A stretch of DNA of 64,000 nt from an uncultured virus (IMG/VR IMGVR_UViG_3300015263_001049) (lineage: Duplodnaviria; Heunggongvirae; Uroviricota; Caudoviricetes): the IMG/VR virus record IMGVR_UViG_3300015263_001049. One strand, given 5' to 3'. Both the position numbers and the translations under genes were made by a program. Below the pieces are notes generated by a model. The model worked only from the letters and a program-made list of their open reading frames with translations. It was not told where the DNA came from and made no database searches. This document shows, in pieces, positions 60,286 through 64,000 of this stretch. Numbering within the stretch: the first letter of the stretch is position 1; each line of letters starts with the position of its first letter.

Positions 60286-61393
60286 GGGCTCCTCACCGCG
60301 TGGCACTCGGAGGGCGTGTGCAAGGCTTCCTCCTGGGAGAGCCAGAAAGTCCCGCAATCGGAGCAAACGTAGCCTTGGTCGTGACGAGGGAGGATCGGTC
60401 CCCGATGGGCGTCGCATACCCTCCCTGGCAGCTCCATCAGTTCGGTCTTCAAGTGCCCCGTGTGGTAGATGGTTTCGCCGTTGGGGCCGACGAACGAGCG
60501 ATCGTAGGCTCTGACGGTCTCGCGTTCTTGAAACGTGAGCAAGCTCGGAGCTTGATGCTGAGCGTTGGGGGCGTTGCAGATGATGCAGTTCACGGCTCTT
60601 CTTCCCGTTCCCGCTCTTGCTTCTCGCGGATCTCGGAGACCGCACGGAGGCCAGCGGCGAAGGCGTTGGCTCCATCGGCGAACTCTTTGGCCTTCTTGGG
60701 GTCCTTGAGAAGCTCACGGAGGGCGGGCGTGATGACGAGGGTGCGGGGCTTGAGGTTCATTCGGTGGGGTACTTGAGGAAGTCTGGGACCGTGAGGGAGA
60801 TCAGCGGGCCAGTTCCCGGCCACTCCACTTCATGGCAGAGAAACAAGTTGCCCTTCCGGCGATAGAAGCACAGCACGTACTCGGGCTCACTTTTCCTTGC
60901 GGGCGGGTGGTCCCACACGGACAGGTGAAACCAACGGCTTTCGACGAAGCCGTCCTTCGTGTTCAGAGGGATGCTCCAACCGCCGCCTTTGATGTTCTCC
61001 TTGATGAGCTTGTCTTTGCTCTCGTCGTTGCTGCCGACCATGCCTCCTTGAAACAAGTGGGCGTAGTAGTCGGGTGGCGACGTGGTGACACGCAGAACAC
61101 CGGGGCACTCGTTCGGCTCGATGTGGATGGAGTGCTCGTCATCAAGGGCGGACGCTATGGAGAGGAGCATGGTTCTTCCTTGGTTAGTTGCCTTCTTACG
61201 CTCGCGATGACCTTCTCGAACTTCCGCCCGTGCTCGGGGCACACGTCCGGGGTGTACCAGTCGATGAAGTCACGGGTGCGGGCTTCGGCGTAGCCGGTGA
61301 CGAATCCAACGATGAGGATGTCGTCCTTTCCCGAGTGCTTGCAGGGGCCGGCGATGAGGCGGCAGATGTAGCAATCGGGGGCGAGTACGGTCG

Positions 61394-62278
61394 TCATGGG
61401 CTCTCCAACAGGGCACCGTTCTCGGGGAGGATGAGCGTCACGAGGTAGTCTTTCAGCTCGGAGTCGTCCCGGAATTGCTTGTAGAAACGTGAAGCTCCCC
61501 CGGCGTCCCCAAAGCGATGACCCGTGCGGGCGCCTGTATGGAAGCTCCAATTTTTGCGACCCTCCGTGGTTTGAACGTCTTGCCTCGGCCCGCCAGCCGA
61601 GTGCATCCCGCCACCCAAGCTCTGCCTATCCAGCGCAGCGACCGGGCAGCCTGGGATACAGATCCAGTTGGGGACGGTTTCGGTTCCGTCTTCCCCGACG
61701 TGAATCGTAGCGACCTTGCTCTGTCTGGCACCATAAACGCCCGTTGTGATCGTACCCTCTCGACCTCTACCTACTGCACTAGACCTGTTGGCGCCTTGGA
61801 CCGTTTTGGTTCCTTCTTGACGGCAACCTTCCCCGTGGACGAAGACGAGGTTGGAGGGCCATCGTCCGGTTGAATGGGCGTAGGAGCCGGCTCGCTCTGC
61901 ATTCGCGAACGACTTACCCTCGAATCCGCCATGGGCGTTCTTTGTTCCTCGGGCGTTCGCTGCGCTTCGGCCGTAGTCGTCCTCCGATGCCATACCGATA
62001 CGGCAGGCGTCGATGTTGATCGCCCCCGTTCCGGTCTTCAACAGTTGATCGGCCACCGTACCTTCGAGGGGCTTACGTAGGAGCACGGCGAAGCTGAGCC
62101 CCTTCGGGCTAGCGATGGCGATCGTGTCCCGGACTTCCATCCCAGCACGACGGGCGTTGACGGAAGAGAGCCAAGGGGATTCCCCAATGAGGATCACGTG
62201 AGCCCCTGGAAGGAGGCTCTCCGAAACCTCGGGCCACATGAGGGCGTCCGAGGCTTTCAGGAAGGCTCCGTGGTTCAT
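61394..62278 (-). CDS. degenerate N6/N4 DNA-methyltransferase-like protein
   Basis: 'GMEVRDTI', 'RKPLEGTVA...GTGAINIDACRI', 'GRWPSNL' and 'GGASRFY' are typical of phage beta-class MTases; no DPPY or FxGxG motif. Confidence 0.65.
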   Translation of the reverse strand: MNHGAFLKASDALMWPEVSESLLPGAHVILIGESPWLSSVNARRAGMEVRDTIAIASPKGLSFAVLLRKPLEGTVADQLLKTGTGAINIDACRIGMASEDDYGRSAANARGTKNAHGGFEGKSFANAERAGSYAHSTGRWPSNLVFVHGEGCRQEGTKTVQGANRSSAVGRGREGTITTGVYGARQSKVATIHVGEDGTETVPNWICIPGCPVAALDRQSLGGGMHSAGGPRQDVQTTEGRKNWSFHTGARTGHRFGDAGGASRFYKQFRDDSELKDYLVTLILPENGALLESP

Positions 62279-62814
62279 GGGAAGGCTTGACCTACCATCA
62301 CGGGAAAGCGCTTCCTAAACTCTTGGAGAAGCTCGTTTTTGACCGGCTCAGCCAGGTGCGTGTGCTCTTGGTCCGTTCCTGGGTGCTTGATGCCCGTGGT
62401 CTTGGGCCACGGCTTGCCCGTCAACATGACACTGAGGCTGGGCGTACCGAGGGGCTTCACGTAGTGCCAGCCGTGGGGGTGGTTCATTTCGTAGCGTGAG
62501 CCGGCCGTGAGGATGAGCGTAGCGACCTCGGCTTCACCGTTTTGGCCGAACCTTCCGACGCCCATCATGTACTGTCCGGACAAGACTCGGATGGCGCTGG
62601 GCCACGGGTGCGGGTGCTTGAGCGGGCGGTCGCACGGGTGAATCCGGTGGAGCATGAGCCTGTACTCGCCAAGCTGGATCCAGACCCTTTCCACGTGGGG
62701 GTCTTCGTAGGTGACGTTGAGGCTCTTCCATGGGGTCGCGGGGTCAGCGAGGAGGCCGGGCAGCTCACGATGGCAGATGCCGTCGAGCGTTTCGATGAGG
62801 GAGCCGGGTTTCAC
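62275..62814 (-). CDS. cupin-like protein
   Basis: 'LHRIHPC...HPHPWPSAIRVLSGQY...HGWHYV'. Confidence 0.6.
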   Translation of the reverse strand: MKPGSLIETLDGICHRELPGLLADPATPWKSLNVTYEDPHVERVWIQLGEYRLMLHRIHPCDRPLKHPHPWPSAIRVLSGQYMMGVGRFGQNGEAEVATLILTAGSRYEMNHPHGWHYVKPLGTPSLSVMLTGKPWPKTTGIKHPGTDQEHTHLAEPVKNELLQEFRKRFPVMVGQAFP

Positions 62815-63502
62815 GTGAGATTCGGGGCGATGTGGGTAACGAGCGTAGCCGGGTTGATCTCCGCCTTGAACGTGGCGCCTTCGGGGGTCTTGAGCGTCAA
62901 GAACGCCTTGTGCGTCCCTTCGACGGGCTTGATCTCGGTAATCTTGTCGTTCACGGGGTCACGCACTTGCTCGATTTGGCGGGACTCTTCAATCAGCATT
63001 TTTGTGGAGCTTCCAAACGATGTAACCGGAACCAAGGGCGATGGTAGCCCCGAATACGACAGCGGCGATGGTGAGGCCGGTCATCACGACAGGGAGCCTC
63101 GCTTGGGCGTCCTATCGGAGCCTTCGGAGAAGGGTGTTCGGTAGAACCTCGCCAGCTCGGAGTCATCGGGCCGAACTCCGCTTTGGTACAGGGGTTCTAG
63201 GCCGAGGAAGTTGCGGAGTGCGTCCGCGAAGATGGAGAGCTTGAGGTTCTCTTCACGACGGGCGTTCATACCCTGGTACCTCAAACGTCATGGCCTTGAT
63301 GCTCTCCACGGCCTCGGGGAAAGCTCTTTGGGCGAGGACCCACCGGGCTTCTTCCAGGTTGTGAAGGAGCCAGTGGAGGCGTGTCGTCGCCAGAGCCCGT
63401 TTGTCCGGGGGTAGCGACGAGCACACTTGAATTTGGCTCATCGTGAAGTCGATCTCTTCGTCGATCTTCACGATGCGATCGATAGGCTCATCGGGCATGA
63501 GG

Positions 63503-63934
63503 TCAGCTCGACTTCGGGAGGTACCTTGTCTGGGCTCGTTCGCCGGTCTTCTCGATGAGCCCTTGCTCCAGGGCGGCCTTGATCAGCTCGGAGAGCTTGG
63601 GGCCGGTCGAGGTTCCGAGAGCCTTGGCGACGTCGGAGGCGGCCATGGGCGTCGTGACAGCGGCCACGAGCTTGTCCAGCTCCTCCTTGGACGGTCCCGC
63701 CTTGGCGGGGGTACCATCGGCGTTCGTCTTGACCGGGAGGAAGTAGAACGTGTCCCCCTTAGAGACGATGTTGCAGACCTTCCCGCCGATGTCATGCGGA
63801 CCCTTGCCGTGGGCGTCGCAGATTTGCTTCACAAGGGCGGCCCGACGCCCCTTGACGACTTCCAGGGCTTTCTCGACCTTCTCTTGGGTCGCCGTTTGCT
63901 CCAGGTAGTTGTTGATCAGAGTCGACTTTTCCAC
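63503..63934 (-). CDS. hypothetical protein with C-terminal winged-HTH
   Basis: RBS GAGG; 'PMAASDVAKALG...ALEQGLIEKTGERAQTRY'. Confidence 0.6.
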   Translation of the reverse strand: MEKSTLINNYLEQTATQEKVEKALEVVKGRRAALVKQICDAHGKGPHDIGGKVCNIVSKGDTFYFLPVKTNADGTPAKAGPSKEELDKLVAAVTTPMAASDVAKALGTSTGPKLSELIKAALEQGLIEKTGERAQTRYLPKSS

Positions 63935-64000
63935 AAGTAGCCTCGTTTCCGTTGGGTAGGGGTTGTTCTACACCACCGGGCAATACCCCGCTCGCAGATC

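Noticed and set aside
1..64000. CRISPR array
   Set aside because: The recurring TCGATCGTCTAC is dispersed at gene starts with no regular spacer period; no cas genes are seen.
1..64000. Genome-wide TAG reassignment
   Set aside because: Conserved genes end at TAG at their expected C-termini and none of the recognised genes is interrupted by an internal TAG.

Overview
This is a 64 kb, GC-rich, gene-dense segment that most likely comes from a large (jumbo-type) bacteriophage. That call is an inference from the many short overlapping hypothetical ORFs, the tRNAs, the auxiliary genes and the lack of bacterial housekeeping operons. No capsid, tail or terminase genes are seen. Recognisable genes: Ro60/TROVE, two GHKL-ATPase+HExxH proteins, ADP-ribosylglycohydrolase, macrodomain, Nudix, dihydroorotase, PTH2-like hydrolase, uracil-DNA glycosylase, three response-regulator proteins, a J-domain protein, a tyrosine recombinase, HNH and Eco29kI-like nucleases, a GyrB-like N-terminal fragment, a ubiquitin-like domain and a degenerate DNA methyltransferase. 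The most unusual signals: (1) about 10 unrelated proteins share a mostly C-terminal tag, (R/P)TRF(E/D/N)R(D/E)DVI or RFERI, and two other sets of four proteins share N-terminal tags (YDRR; RVxxRFL), suggesting a peptide 'zip-code' sorting system; (2) a ~500-nt GNRA-rich structured ncRNA with three internal 16-nt repeats; (3) two amber-suppressor (CUA) tRNAs beside a PTH2 gene although TAG is still used as a stop; (4) two promoter regulons driving mostly leaderless genes (~29 ECF-like GAAA-N15/16-CGTCTA copies and ~20 GGTGTA copies); (5) a strand-composition switch with repeats around the recombinase, a candidate origin or resolution region. All calls come from reading the sequence by eye; no searches were run.
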